Source: Candidatus Aenigmatarchaeota archaeon
GTDB taxonomy: Archaea > Aenigmatarchaeota > Aenigmatarchaeia > CG10238-14 > SCSR01
DNA: 31,995 nucleotides
Assembly (NCBI GenBank): GCA_038998005.1
Contig: JAVZIY010000002.1
Location: forward strand, 1-31,995
Direction of reading: 5' to 3'
Position 1 is the first letter of the stretch. The number at the start of each line of letters is the position of its first letter. The position numbers and the translations under genes were made by a program. Below the pieces are notes generated by a model. It was given only the letters and a program-made list of their open reading frames with translations. It was not told the origin of the DNA and did no database searches. Of this stretch, positions 6,469-21,400 are shown one piece after another.

Positions 6469-9400
6469 CTAATCTTTCTATCCTTTTTCCTATAGATTCC
6501 AAGTAAGTTTCTGCCATCCTGAAAGCCCCTGTCTTGAGCTTATCCTTTGCTATGTTAAGCTCAATTTCTATGTCATAAGTGTCAATTTTCTTTTTCTTCA
6601 ATTCTTCAACCTTCTTCTCAAACTCCTCTATTTTCTTATTTAGTTTTACGTATTGATTAATTTCATCATCTGTTAAAGCAAAGGGCGAATGCAGCAATGG
6701 CCTGAAAGCTATGAACCATGGCTTTCCATAGTTGTACTCAGGATTTTGGAATAAACCAGTACCAATTGTTAGTTTAGTAACCTTAGAGGCATAGTCACTT
6801 CCATACTTTGACTTAACTCTTCCAATATCTCCCTCATACTTTGTTCTTAGCTGAATTTCGTTTGCTATGTTTGCTCTAATAGCTCCTTTGAAATCTAGCA
6901 ATACTTGTGATATTAGGAATAAGCCAATTCCCCACTTCCTAAATTCTCTGCATGCCCTTTCTATTGCAACATACCCTCCCTTACCTCCATATTTAGGCAA
7001 TAATCTGTGAACCTCATCATATACCAAAAGCAATTTAATTTCCTTTGACTCAGGAGGTCTCATATCAAATACAGATTGTATGCTTCTCCTGACAAAACCA
7101 TCAAGATCCTCTGGTTTTAATCTATTCATTACAAATACTGTAATTTCACCAGGATTCATGTATTTCTTTATATCAATCTCCATGTTAGGATCATCAACCA
7201 AAACTATATTTGTTTTGAAACCTCTTGCATCTGTTGGCTTCAACCCAAATTGTGGGTATAAGTCTAGCATAGCTTTTAATCGGCATGGCTTCATAAAGCC
7301 TGTCCATTGAGCAGTTGGGTCAAAAACTATAATCGGGACTTTTCTCTTAAGCAATTCTTCAGCACTAACCATTGCTGAAACTGTTTTTCCTGAGCCAGTG
7401 CCACCTGCTGCTATTGAATGCATTATTAGCTGGGATAAATCTATGTAAGCCTTAATATTAGTTTCTGCTATTTTACCAACTTCAATTGCATTCGGTCCTG
7501 GTTGAGGTAATTTCTTGAATTCAACAGGCGATATATACCTTGCTTTTGCTGCTTTAGCAGCTCTGTAAGCTGCAAGCCATTTCATTCCTATGAGCAGGGA
7601 AGGAACTCCAACAAATAGTATTATATAAGTTGCCCAATGCATGAAGATTGTTCTAAGTATGAACAAGGGCAATGGTAAAACTGTTACATCAAAGTTATCT
7701 GAAGATAGGGCATACTTACCACCATACCAATAACTTGCATTAACTTCTATCAAATATCTTCCTTCAGAAGTACCTTCAGGTATTTTTATCTCCCTTCTTA
7801 CAGTATTTACTGTCGATACTGCTAAGGTTTCTTGGGATGTTGCTATTACAATTCTTGGATCCAAAAGAGATCTTACAGTATAAGTTACAGTTATATCTTC
7901 AATTTTTTCTGTTTCACCCATGTTAACAAGCTTTAATTCAAAAGTTAGATTTTGTCCAGGATTAACAGCTTTTGACAAAACAGTAACTTTTACGTCCAGT
8001 AAAGGCTCTAAAACAGGCTTCACTACAATTGTCACAGGAATTCTATCCTCTATATTTTCTGTTTTAACAACTATGTCACCTGTATAAATACCAGGAGCAA
8101 TTGTAAGTGGGGCATAAGCTCTTATTGCAGTGACACCCAATCCTTTTGGAGGAACATTGAAAACAGGCTTTTGAATCGTTAAGAGCTGAAATGCAGGCCC
8201 TTCAACAGTTATCCTTACATCAATTAACTTATCCAAATTGTTTGTGACATCTATGGAAAATATTTTTTCTTCTCCTGGTACCAAGGTAGTTTCAAGAAGT
8301 GTAGACTTAATTTGAACAGGAGCTAAAGTGACGTTTGCTCCTGGGCCAGCTCCTGGCGGAATTGCTGGAATTGCTGGAATTGCAGGTATGGTAATGGCTC
8401 CGGCACCACCTCCAGTCACAGGAACTACTGGTGTTGGAGCAGGTGGCAAATATGGGCAATCACTAGGACAATTTTCGGTTGTTTCTCCATACTCGCTTTC
8501 GCACTCACCATTTCCACAAATAAATTCTGCTAAAACATAAGCTCCGCTTAAATCTGTTAAGTTTGCCTTTACATAGAATGCTGAAATGTTTACAGAGTTA
8601 TCGCTATTATCGCGATTTGGATTTGTTATCCTTACCCAAAGTGAGTTTTGTGCAGTAGTGATTTTTGGTGTCCAATTCCCACCATATCTATAAATTCCAA
8701 GTCTGCTTGGGTCATGAATTGGTACATTGCATCCTCCTTCAACACAATCTGAAAAGTTGAAGTAAAGTATGTAGTATGATGGCTTAAGTATAGTATAAAC
8801 ATAAATTGATTTTAGTACAGAGGTTGAGGTTCTTACAGAAGGAATATTTCCAACAACTACTGGATTGAAATAGTTTTGTATCAAGCTTAAATTATACATT
8901 TCTATTCTGTGAGAAAAGCCATATTCCTTAAGTTGAAGTGCTAAATCATATGATTTGGCATCTATTGTTTCATTGTAAATTCCTGTTGTTAAGTTTGGAA
9001 TAATTTCAAATCTTTTTACTTTTGTTCCAGCATCAAACAAGTTAAAGCTTAAGTCTATAACTGGCTCTCCTAAAAGTTCGATATTCTTAGCATATCCGCT
9101 AAATAAAACAGTAGGATAGATTTCAAATGAAGAAGTTTCTAAATTGCAATTTTCAGATAGGTCGCACGCTTTAATTTCTATTGTATAATTTCCAATTAGC
9201 GAAGTATTTGAGAAGTTGAATTCGTAAAGATAATTATCTACTATCTTTGAAATTAAGCTAAAGTTTATAGTTTCACTTCCACCATTTGGATATGTTAAAT
9301 TTCCAGTTATATTCTTTATTCCACCAGACTCAGTAACGTTTGCTTTTATGCTTATGGTTGAATTTGCAGGAACTCTTACTGGTAATATTAAAGTTATTAT

Positions 9401-12400
9401 TGGTGGAATATTATCCATGTAAACTATGGAATCTTCTTCAATATCACTTCTTACCAAGTATTTAGTCCCATTGTAGCTTGCAGTAACGTTTAAGCTATAA
9501 ACTCTTGCTATGCTTAGCTCAGGAGCATAAAACTTAACTCTCCAAAGGTTTTCTGAGGAATTGAAATAGGAAGAATTAATAACTGATAAAGATGAGAGAG
9601 AAGAATTGAAAATTGAAATATTAAAGCTTACATTTTGAGTTACATAGCTTGAGTTTGCACTTATATTTACTTTTGCTTCTATCAAATCGTTCGGAAGAAC
9701 TCTAGTTAAAGGATTAGCCTTTGTTGGGCTAATTATTTTAACCTTGTATACGCTTACAAACATGCTCACAAAACTTTCTTGCATCTTTATACTTGCATTT
9801 TCTCTAAGCTCTCCTGTAATATTTGAAATTATTTTTCCTGTATAGTTTGTATCATAAGGAATGTCTGGAGAAGAATAGTATATGTGAATTGTCTTTGACC
9901 CAGCATAAGGCAAAATAATTTCTTTTTCACTTAAGTTTAAGTATGGCTTAATATTTCCAGTAACTACTAAACTTAAAGGAATTTCTGAATTTCCTGTATT
10001 TACTATAGTTAAACTTCCAAAATAGCCAGAATCTGCTTGTAAAACGCTTCTATGAATTTCTTTTTCTAAATGTTCCCAAGAAATGTTTATAGGAACATTT
10101 ACGTAAACTTGCAAATAACTTGCCTTTCCATCGTATTTTATTTCTATGCTTCCATTGTAACTTCCTGTTTGATAGTTTGGTGGAACATAAATGCTGACGT
10201 TAACTTTTCTTGTTTCTCCAACTGGAATTAAAGTAAAGTTTTCAGGTTCAAACAAAACATCAAAATCTTCACAAACTTTTCCAGAGCTACAATTTATTGA
10301 AACATTAGTTACATTTTCATTACCTATTGATTTAATTGTAAAGCTTGTATTTCCAGCTGTTCCTCCAGGAATTATTTTTGTTATATTTTCTTCAAGAACT
10401 ATTAGCTTTGGATTTTTAGTTACATTTACTATAATAGTTTTATTACTTGAATTATAAGTATCGTTTAGGTTTCTCCAGCTTGCATTTAAGCTTATGTAAT
10501 AAATTCCTGCCGGAGTTGCATTCGGAATTCTTATTTCAGTTAAGTTTGATTTTACCTGTTTTTTCAATATAGTTCCAAACTCAAAGAATTCTGGAAATGC
10601 AGTTATATTAGAAGCATTTATTGTAAGGTTTGAATCAAATGCTCTTGAGCCTCCGGTGTTGTTTAAAGTTATGTTAACAGTAAAGTTTTGCCCGTAATCT
10701 ATTGTTATATCATCTGCAATTATTTGAGTAGCATTTGGAATTATCTCTAGCCAAGTTGTTTTCGAACCTTCAACTTCTATTGCTTGAGTACAAGCTTCTA
10801 AGGAGCGAGTATCGTTAGCACATATTTTTATTAAATGGATTCCTTCATTCAAGCTAAAGTAGCTTAAATTGTAAATATCTCCAAACTTATCCATGAAATG
10901 AACTTCAATTGTCTCATTTGGCAGAGTTACGTTTATCCATGCTTTATCGACTGCAAAATTATCAGTAATTTTTGCCTGTATTGTAACATTTTCATACCCA
11001 ACTTCAAAAACCCTTGGCTCAACAAAAACATCTTCTATTATTGGTGGTATGTCAGTAACATTCAAAGTAATATTTGTTCTTCTCTCCTTTGGATTGGCAG
11101 GTGTTACATTCCTCACAACTATTTCAACTGTGTAAATTCCTTCTACCGCATTACTTGAAACAGTATAATCTAAACTAACATTTCTCTCCATTAATTTTTC
11201 TAAGTCAAATGCAGTTGTTTGTGGAGCTCCAGAAGGATAGGCAGTAATAAAAGCACTTCCATTCCCTGATTTGAGAATTTCAAAAGTAATTTTCACATTT
11301 CCTATGTTTTTGACAGTTATATTACCTATTTTACCGCTTGTATTTAAGGGAAGCAAGACAGTTCCGAAAGTTTCTGGGTTTCTAATCCAAGAATTGTTTA
11401 CAGGAATTGTTAAGTTCAAAAGCATTTCATCATATCCTGCGTTGCTCGTGTTTGCTCTTAACTTAGTCCAGTAAATTCCTGGAGCTTGACCAGCAGGTAC
11501 TGTTAAGCTAATATGCGATACTATGCTTTGGCCTGCACCCAACAAACCAATTTCACTTGGAACAACTGACAAATAGCAAAGAGGACAATCTAGGAATAAG
11601 TTTCCTCCAACTGTAATTAACTTAGTATCCCTTAAATCATCATTTCCTGCAGCAAAAGTTGTTACATTACCAACATAAGTTGATTTATCATGAGGAGTTT
11701 CCTTAACTATTTCCTTAGGTGAAATTTCAACAACAGGATTTGATGATACTGTTATTGAGGTTGAATTAAAGGTTTGACCTAGAGTATTGTCTGGCTCTCT
11801 CCAACCTGCAATTATATAGCTTGTTATTAATTGTGGAAGGGTTGCTGGTGGAACAGTAACTCTTAAGTCCCAAGTGCAATTTTGATTTGCATATAAAGTA
11901 CCGCATTCCTTCATTGTTTCATTATATGTTAAAGAGCCCAATGGTTCTTCTGTATGGGTTAAATTAACTGAATAGGCTGTTGCTGGTCCTATGTTTGTGA
12001 AAGTTATTCTAACGTCAAAGCTAAAGCCTTTAGTTTGAGTTATGTTATATGCTACAATTTCCTGAGGAACTTGCTCAATTAAACCAAAAGTCTTGCCCCA
12101 AACCTCAATACTTTCTACAAAAGTGCTGTTAATATTATATTCTGGAGCAAAATCTCTTGCATAAATTGAGATATTGTAAGTTCCTCCTATCGGTGGAAGA
12201 TAGCTTACGGAATAAGTTGCCTCGAAAAAGCCAAAGCTTTTTTCAGGAATTGTTATGTTGTTCATAGAAAGAATTATTATAGTTCCATTAGGCATGGTTA
12301 TGTTCGCCCAAACAGAATCTATTTCATAATTATCAACAATAGTTGCTGTAATATTTGTTGAATTTAAGTTAGCCTCTATGCTAGAGTTTGGTATAATTGA

Positions 12401-15400
12401 GGCATTATAAATCTTAGGTGGTTCCAAATCCTTAACCCAAATTGTTTCTATAGCTTCTTTTATATTTGCAGAGTAATACTGAGTTCCATTATCTCCTATT
12501 GTACAATTAAAGGTTATATTACCCTTTTGCTCAGGAATAAAGCTATAGCTTGCATATCCAGATGAATTTGTTTGGTAGCTTCCGTTGTAAATGAATTGTG
12601 TTGAGGGTTCCCACTTATAGGAAAAGTTTACTGTATAATCTGAAATACCTGCTCCAGATTCATGGTCTTTTACTAAGCATGTTGGGTAAAATCCTTGTGG
12701 ATAAGGTATTATTCCTACTGGTGAAATCCAAACAACATCTGATAAGCTTGTTATTAAAACTGAAACATTAGCTATACCATCATCATAATAGCTTTTGCTT
12801 GCAACTGCCATGAAGCTGTGCCATCCTGTTCTTTGCTCAGCAACCTGTGGCTGAGGTAGGTAAGTATCCATACCTTGAGCTATTTGTGCGGTTTCATTGT
12901 ACCATTTAACTATTGGCAATAATTCGGCAAAGCTTTCCCCATTTTCACTACTTCCATTAGCTTTTAATGGAATTGATTGAGATTTTGAATAATAGCTTTC
13001 GTTTAATGGCAATATTATTGTTGTGTTGAGAATTCCTTTTATTGTAATAATCGTTGTATTAGTTAGAGAATCTTCATTTCCAGGCTTGGTTGCATTCATG
13101 TAAATTGTATAAGGTCCAGGGGTAATGCTATCATCAGCATTAAAATTAACAAATGAGCACCACCCGCTTGAATTTGTCAAGCAGCTATTTAAGAAATGAG
13201 TTGAATTGTAAAAGCTTACATTTGCGTTTTCAGCATCTCCTATTCCTGCATCTTTCACATGAACGCTTATATTTGTTTGATGAGGAGCAAAAGAATCGTT
13301 TCTATAAATCCAGCTATACTGTCTAACTATTTGGTCTATTATTAGAGGTCTTGCAAGTTTAACCAAAGTTTCTATCTGCGAGGTTGAAGTATTATAATAT
13401 AAAGTTGAATTGCTTTCTATTGCACAAGTTAAATTGTACCATCCTGCAGCCTCTCCGGTTGTATACCAAACATAACTTGCATAACCATTTTCATTAGTTG
13501 AAACATTTGCTAGAGAAGTTCCATTTTTAAGGAAATTAATGATATAATCAGCAATTGATTGGGAAGTATTGCTATCTCTTACATGGCAAGTTATTGTTAT
13601 TGGGGTTCCTGCAGAGGCTATGGTTCCATTTGCAGGTGATATAGAATCGAGCTCGCTCCATCCATAAATATAAATTGAGCTTGAATTGCTGTTTGGATCA
13701 TAATACTGCCTTGAAGCATTTACGTAAATTGTTTCAGGACCAAGCTTATAGGTTTTAGGAACATTCCAACTTGTATTATAGCCTGAAGCTAATAAATTAA
13801 ATGAAGAGTTGTACCAATTAACAGAAGCATCTCCTATTATTTCGCTGCATTCTCCACTTACGCTTGCATTAAGGCTTGTTATTTTTCCTCTATTAATTAT
13901 TGCTCCATTTAAAGGATAAATTAAAGAGACATTAAGCTGGCCATAAACAGTAAATGTTTGGGAAGAAGTGTTAACTTCTTTATAGCAGATATCAGTTGTC
14001 CCAGCCTTCCAATATTGTATTCCAACATTTGAATTGCAATTTGGATTATAAAATACACTACAATTTCCTAATGTTGAAGTGCAATTTAAGATAACAGTAT
14101 AACTACTTCCATCTTCTGTTATCCATACTGTTCCATTAACATTGCTTGGATAAATTCCGTAATCAGTATCTTTAATTATTAACCTGAAATAAGCTTCATT
14201 ATTCCCTATTCTTCTCACACTTGAATTGCTATCAGCACCAATAGAAAGGTAAACATCATCCCTTTCCAAAGTTATGTTTTTAACTTCTGTTGTAGCTTTA
14301 TATCCATATTCATCACTTGTATTTATCTTGTAGTATAATTTTCCATCTTCTCCATTCAAATAATCTTCACAACCAAACCTAACACTAAAGCTTACTGGCA
14401 TGTTAGAATAGCTAGCTTTAACCCATTTCCAATCAACAAGATTCCATGTTTGATTATCACTACTTTTCCAGAGTGTTATGTTGTTGTAATTCTTATCTAA
14501 ATCTGTTATCTTAACACTAAAGGTATAGAGCTCACCCCAACCACCGAAGCTATGGTCTACTGAAAGGTCAGAAAGAGATGGCTGTGATGCTAAGAAGTAT
14601 GCATTTGTTTTTGTTCTAACACTTGGAGTAGGATAATTCTCATAGTATTGCTTTAATGCTGTCATTTCAACATCATGCCATTCATAAGGTTTTCCAGAAG
14701 TATCAAAAGTACAATTGTAAGTTCCATTTCCCAAATCAGAAACAGGTGTACAACTCCAATCACTATAACCTCTTATATCCTTGAAAGTGACTGTTGCTCC
14801 TGGTATACCAAAGCATTCATCATAAACATAACCTATGAAAGGAACTTTTTCTCCTATGAGGAATGATTGTCCGTCAGGATAGGTTATATTCAGTTGCATT
14901 AGAGTTTTTATAATTAAAGTGAAATTCTGAGTTGTAAATTCTTTATAGTATTGATCATAAACCATACCAGCTTTCCATTTTTGAATTCCAGTAGAATAAT
15001 CACAATTAGGATCAAATGGATATTCAGCAACACCCTCAAAGTCAGAGGAAGTTGAAGTTCCAGAATCAAAATCATTTCCGTTTAAAGTTACCCAGAATGT
15101 TACATTTGCATTTTCTGCAGGAAGGTTTCTGTCTATATCAGTAACATTTACTCTGAGATAAAGAATTTGAGTTCCATTCCTCCACACAATTTCTCCATTT
15201 CCTGTCCATACTTGAATTTGAACATCATCCTTTTCTATCGTGAAATTCTTAGGCAAAGTTTCTGTTTGATAACCTCTTGAATCTTGTGCAACAAATTTAT
15301 AACTCCAATTTCCTTTTTTATTCTGGAATAATCCAGGATTCTTGTAATTTAATATTACACTAACATTTAAAGGTCCTTGTAACTCTGGATTACTTTCATA

Positions 15401-18400
15401 ATCTGATACATTTGCTAGTGTCCAATCAGCATCATTTTCCCATTTTACGTATAAGTATACTGTAACATTATCCAAATCTTCATCAGTAACATTAACCTTG
15501 AAGGTCCATGTTTCTCCCCATCCACCTAGGGTTCCATCTTGCTGCGAACTTACATTTTCTCCGTATAAAATTGGTTTTGTTTTTATGAAGAATGCATTTT
15601 CTTTTAAAGTATAACCGTTGTTATAATAAGTCTTATTAGAAGCTATGCTTATGTTATAAATTCCTGCAACAAGTGTTGAAGTATTTCTCGTGCAATTATA
15701 CTCGCCATTACCCATAGGATAAACAGGTGAGCATTCAAAATTTTGCAAACCATGAATTAATGTTATATTTACTGAAGCATCACTTACTGCCACTGGATAA
15801 TCATCTGTTACGCTAACTCTTATACTAATATTTTCCTCTGGTTTAAGATATTCTGTATAAGTTTCTGGTATAAGCAAATAATTTATTAAATCACCATAAA
15901 CTATTAAAATAAATTCGCTAGAATTTGCATCCAAGTAGCATGAATCTTGGTAAGTTCCTCCTTTCCAGTACTGAGGCCCAACCTCATAATCGCTTTTAGC
16001 ATCAAAGTAAACATTCAAATAGCCTGTTGAATTTGTAGTATTTTGTGTTCCAGAATCATAGTTTGTTCCATCCTTAGTTACAAAAATTCTACCTTGTATT
16101 CCGCTTCCAACATAAGAATTTCTTATACTATCCTTTATCCTTAACACAAGCAAATCTTTCTGATACATGCTTCTATTTGCAATACTTTCATTTCCATAAA
16201 CATACTCTATTTCAACAGGATCTCTTTCTATGTTAGGAGCTGAAATATTAGAAGTGTTAAATAAATTTGTTCCATCATCTATTTCAAATTTAAACCAGTT
16301 TAGAGTATAATTTACATCTTGACAGTTGAAATTAGAAACTGTTATAGAGCAATTTCCTTTTCCACCATAAACTGTTGCATTCCCTCTATAAACCCAAGAG
16401 CTTGAGCTTGGTGTGAATGTAAATAGTTTGCAAGTAACATTATCTAGTTGAATATCATCTATATCTGCGCTAAAGGTGAAATTATTTCCCCAGCCTGCTG
16501 AGCTTGGAATAACTGAGAAGTTCTCAACTAATGGAGGGGTGTTGTTAAGATAAATCCAATCAACAAACAAGCTCGAATTTGAATAGTAGTACTCTTTACT
16601 TGAATTAACTCTAAAGCTATAGTAACCTCCTTTCTTGAAAGTTATATTCCATGTTGAGTTATAAAAGCCTGAGCCCAATTCTTCTACTGGAGTAATATTT
16701 TCAAAAGTTAAGTCTGGCCATCTTGCTTCATGAGTTACGCTTGCACTTTCAACATTTTCTCCACATTCTCCCTTAATGCTAGAAGTTACATTAACAGTTT
16801 TTCCTACTTCTATTTCAATATTTGAGCCATAAGCAGGCTCGATTAAGGAATTCTTTAATTGTCCAATTATTGTAAACCCTTGCTCACCAGAGCTTGCAGT
16901 ATAATAACAAGAATCTTCTAAATTAATCTTCCACTTTTGCATTCCAACAGAAAAGCTACAGTTTGGATCAAAAGTGTAGTTAAAGTAGCCATTAGGCTGA
17001 GACAGTAAGCTTAGGTTAAACAAATAGTTTGAGCTATCTGTTGTGATGTAAATTTTTCCACTCACGTTTTCATAAGTTATTTCTAATCCTCTTATAGTAT
17101 CGACAAAGAGTGAAGCAAACCAAGCAGAATCGCTAAACTCTCTTGCGATGCTTGATTTTGAGTATTTAACATCAGCTATGTCAGCTTGATCCTGAGTTAT
17201 GGTAAAGCTTGATTGCTCTTCGTCAGTGTAATTAAAGTTGTCGCTTGCGTTTATCTTATAACCTTTTATTCCCACATCGCTATAAGTTCTGTTGCAAGTG
17301 AAGTTAACAGGATAGAATTCTAAGTTTGTGCAATTCCCCACTGCTGGTACGCAAGTTTTATAACCAAACAATTCCCAACTTCCTGTTAGGTTTAGCCAGA
17401 GGTATACGTTTATAACCGAGCCAAGCTGTGCATTATAATCTTTATCTTCTATGTCAACTGGGAAATGCCAGTTCTCTCCCCATCCGCTTGTGCCATAATC
17501 TGTATAGAGCGATTTTAAAGTAATTTCAGGTTTAGAAGTCAAGTAATAAGAGTTTATAGTAAAGTTTACTTCACTATCGTTATAATAAGTTTTGAAAGCT
17601 TGGACCGAAACGTTAGTATAGCCATAAAGCCAGGTTGGTTCTTCTTGAGCTGTTGTATCTGCTCTAAAAGTACAGTTGTATATTCCGTTTCCCTCGTAAA
17701 ATATTTGACCTTTTGGACTTTGATCTTCAACACAATCTTTGTTTTGTGGATAAGCTCCCAATTGCTGAGAAATTATTGTAACATTTGCTTCGCTTACTCC
17801 TCCGCATTCGTCTGTAACTTTAACTTTTACCGGAACATCTTCAATTCCTTTCAGATAAAACTTTGCGTTTAAAGGTTGCAATAGCTCAATGTTTAACGGA
17901 TCTGTCGTTATGTTTATCGAAAACTCTGAAGAGTTTGCTGCTTTATAAGCTTCTGCATATAAAACTCCAGCCTTCCACTTTTGTGGGCCAACCTTAAAGT
18001 TACAATCTGGGTCGAACTGGCCTGAAGAAGTGTTTATATAGCCTGAAGAGAAAGTTGAAGGAATTGGAGTAAAGTTGAAAGCTAAATTGTTAGTTACCCA
18101 TATTCTTACGTTTGTACTTAGAATTCCGCTTGTTACATCACTTCCTTTATCTTTGTCAAAAACTTTCACACTTAAAGTTTGGTAATTATTTTCAGGTCTG
18201 TGAACAGAAGTATTATTTCCTTCAACATGAATTAAAAGCAAATCATCTTTTGTTATAGTAAAGTTCCCATTTCCTATTTCATAAGTATTGTTAACAAAAT
18301 CTTTTGTCGCGTTGTTATAAATATCTTTTACTTCGCTAACGTTAAACTTGAAAATATGGGAACCTAATCCTGGGTTTGAATAGGTTGACCATGCTGGTAT

Positions 18401-21400
18401 AACAAATGTAACTGTCACATTTTTTCCTTGAACGCTTGAGTTTGTCATACTTGATAAAGGTTGAGCCCAGTCGCCCCCAGCTTGGCTTGAGTTCACCCAA
18501 AGTTTAACTTCCAAAATATCATAATCTTCATCAGTAGCGTTAACTCTAAAGTACCAAGTTTCTCCCCAGCCTCCATCTCCTAAATTCCCAAGATAGTCTC
18601 TACTCTCATACCACCATTCTGTTGTTAGTACTGGCTTGGTTTCAACCCAGAAACCTTTCTGCCAGATAACAAAAGTTTCTAGGGAAGAGTTTGAGTTGTA
18701 GAAGTTTGCGGAAACATTTACACTAGAATTCCATCCTTGTGCTCTGAAGTTGGTTGTGTTAAGTTTGCAAGAATAATTACCATCACCGAGGTTTATTACT
18801 TCTTCACACCACTTAACTTCTGAATCTTTTATTCCACTGAAATTGAGTTGAGCATTAGTTATAGCTAAACCACATTCATCTTTTATCGATGCATTGAAAG
18901 AAACAAGTTGACCATCTTCATAATCACTTCTCAAGTATTTCTCTCCTTTTGGTGAAGTTATGGTTGGAATTAAGTCACCGATTATATAGCTTGTGAAATT
19001 GCTTGAAGCATTTATATCTAAATAACAAGAATCAGTTACTCCAGCAATCCAGTACTGCTTTCCTATGCTATAAGAGCAGTCTGGGTTGAAGTAATAACTT
19101 GCATTTCCAAAGCTATCAGTTTGATTTATAATATCAACTCTATAATTGGTAGAATCGTTAGTAACCCAGAAGCTTACGTTTACGTTAGAAGCATAGCTTA
19201 AGTTTTCCAAATCAAAAACGTTTACAGCTAATCTTACAACTTGATTTATTCCAGAACTTCTATTAACATAGCTATTATCACCAACTATATAACTAATTAA
19301 AACTTGGGATTCAGTTATGTTTGGCCCTTGAATAGCATCAGTGAACCAGGCATTCTCTGGTTCTCCATTTTCAATTTGCCACTTAAACCATTTTGCCTTA
19401 CTTACAATCCACTCTTGACCTTCTGGTTTATCTATATCTTCGCATGTGAAATTATGCAAAGCAACCCAACAAGTTCCTTGTGTAGGAATTCCAGGAGTTC
19501 CTTGAATTATATAACTTCCTTTATACTCCCAAGTTTGCTGATTATCCTTGCTAATAAACAAAGAGCAATTTATAGTATCTCCTTCCTGATCATAAACTGC
19601 TATACTGTAATTGAAAATTCTTGACCAACCTGCTTCGCTTGGGTTAACAATTGGTATAGATGTGTTAGTAGCGTTCCAGTTAACAAGCTGGAACCAGTTT
19701 TCATAAACTGTTGAATTTTGATTGAAATACTCTTTTGTTGAGTTTAACCTAATGCTCCAAAATCCTTCCTTCTTGCCAGTAGAATTCCAAGTGCAGTTAT
19801 ACCAACCTTGATAAGAGTTGTTTATTGGCAAACAAGATTCCCAAGTTTCTAAAGGACTTTTAAGCTCAATCGTATAGCTTGAAGCGTTTATAACAGGATT
19901 TTCATCTCCTCTATAAGCTGAACAATCGCTTAGTGTAGTGAAGTTAATTGATATTAACTCAGTAACATTATAAACTGAACCAAAGCTTGGTTGGTTTAGT
20001 TGATTCTTTAGCTGACCTTTAATCTCGAAAGTTCTTGGAGTCATGTTTTTTACTTCATAACAAGAATCTAAGCTGCCACCTTTCCAGTATTGGATTCCAA
20101 CAGAATAACTACAATTCGGATCAAAACCATAAGTAACATAACCAGAAGAGTTTGTTGTCAAGTGTCTTGTGTAATCCCAGCTTGTTTGGTCGCTAGCATT
20201 AGTTGTAAACCAGATGCTTGCGTTAACGTTAGCAGGAACATAACTATTATTGTCTTTATCTTTTATTCTAAAGACAAAAATCCCTTCTTTTGAACCTTCT
20301 CTTTCTATGATATTAGGTTCTGTAATTTCATTTGTTGGAAATTCTACATCGTCTTGGCTTACTGTTACGCTATCAGAAGCTTCTACCTTATAATTCCAAA
20401 CATCTGAAACATTCCATTTGTAAGCTCTTGTTCCTATATGTTGGCAATTAAAGTCATGCTGAGTGAAGCTTATCTCAGCCCATTCAGAGCATGCCGGAGC
20501 ATAGCATAAAGTTGAATTAACTAATTGGTAGCCTGAGCCAAAATCTATCCATAAGCTTATGTTTAGTTTTTCAAATCCAAGTTCAGAAATTCCTTGATCT
20601 ATATCTCTTACTTGAGCAGAGAAAGCCCAGAGTTCGCCCCATCCTCCTGGGTTTACTGTATCTGAAGTTGTTACTGATAAGCCTTGAATTTGTGGATTTG
20701 TTACCAGAACAGAAGCGTTTATTTTTGTTTTGATTTCAGAACCTTCATAAAACTCTTTTGATGCTTCCATAGTTGCGTTATAATAACCAAGACTCCAGGT
20801 TGAGCTTGAAACAAAGCTACAATTATACCAACCATTTCCTTCATCATTTATACCAACATCATCTGGGCAACCATAGCTAAAAACTCCTTTCACAGTTTTT
20901 AGGCTCACTTCTGCTCCGCTCACTAAACCACAATCATCGCTAACATTTCCCCTTAACAAAATTGTATCGATAGCTCTCCTGAAAGTTTCGTTGTTTGGCC
21001 TTTGAATTTCTACTTGAAGAGGATAGGTTGTGGTGTTTAAGAAGAAAACTGATGAATTAGTTGTTTTATAGCATGTAGAACCAAACTCTGTTTTCCATCT
21101 CAAAGGTCCAATTTTGTAGTTACATCTTGGAGAGGTAGGAAAGATATCAGTTAAGTAACCTCCAGTCTCTGTCCCTGTCGTTATAGTTTTATCAACTGCA
21201 TAGCTGTTTACATCATAAGGATTTGTTGTGACATAAAATCTTGCAGTTCCAGGTTCGCTACTAACAGAAATATTTCTATCTGTATCAATAACTTGAACTC
21301 TTAGTGTAGCGTTGCTTTGAGAAGGAGCTACACTTCTGTTAACTACACTATTATTTCCTTCGACATAAATTACTGCGATATCATTCTTCTCTAAAGTTAA

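Noticed and set aside
6680-7486. Canonical DNA-repair herA
   Set aside because: No HAS barrel, fused to a TM and ectodomain, and no nurA/mre11/rad50 neighbours, so no gene symbol was assigned.
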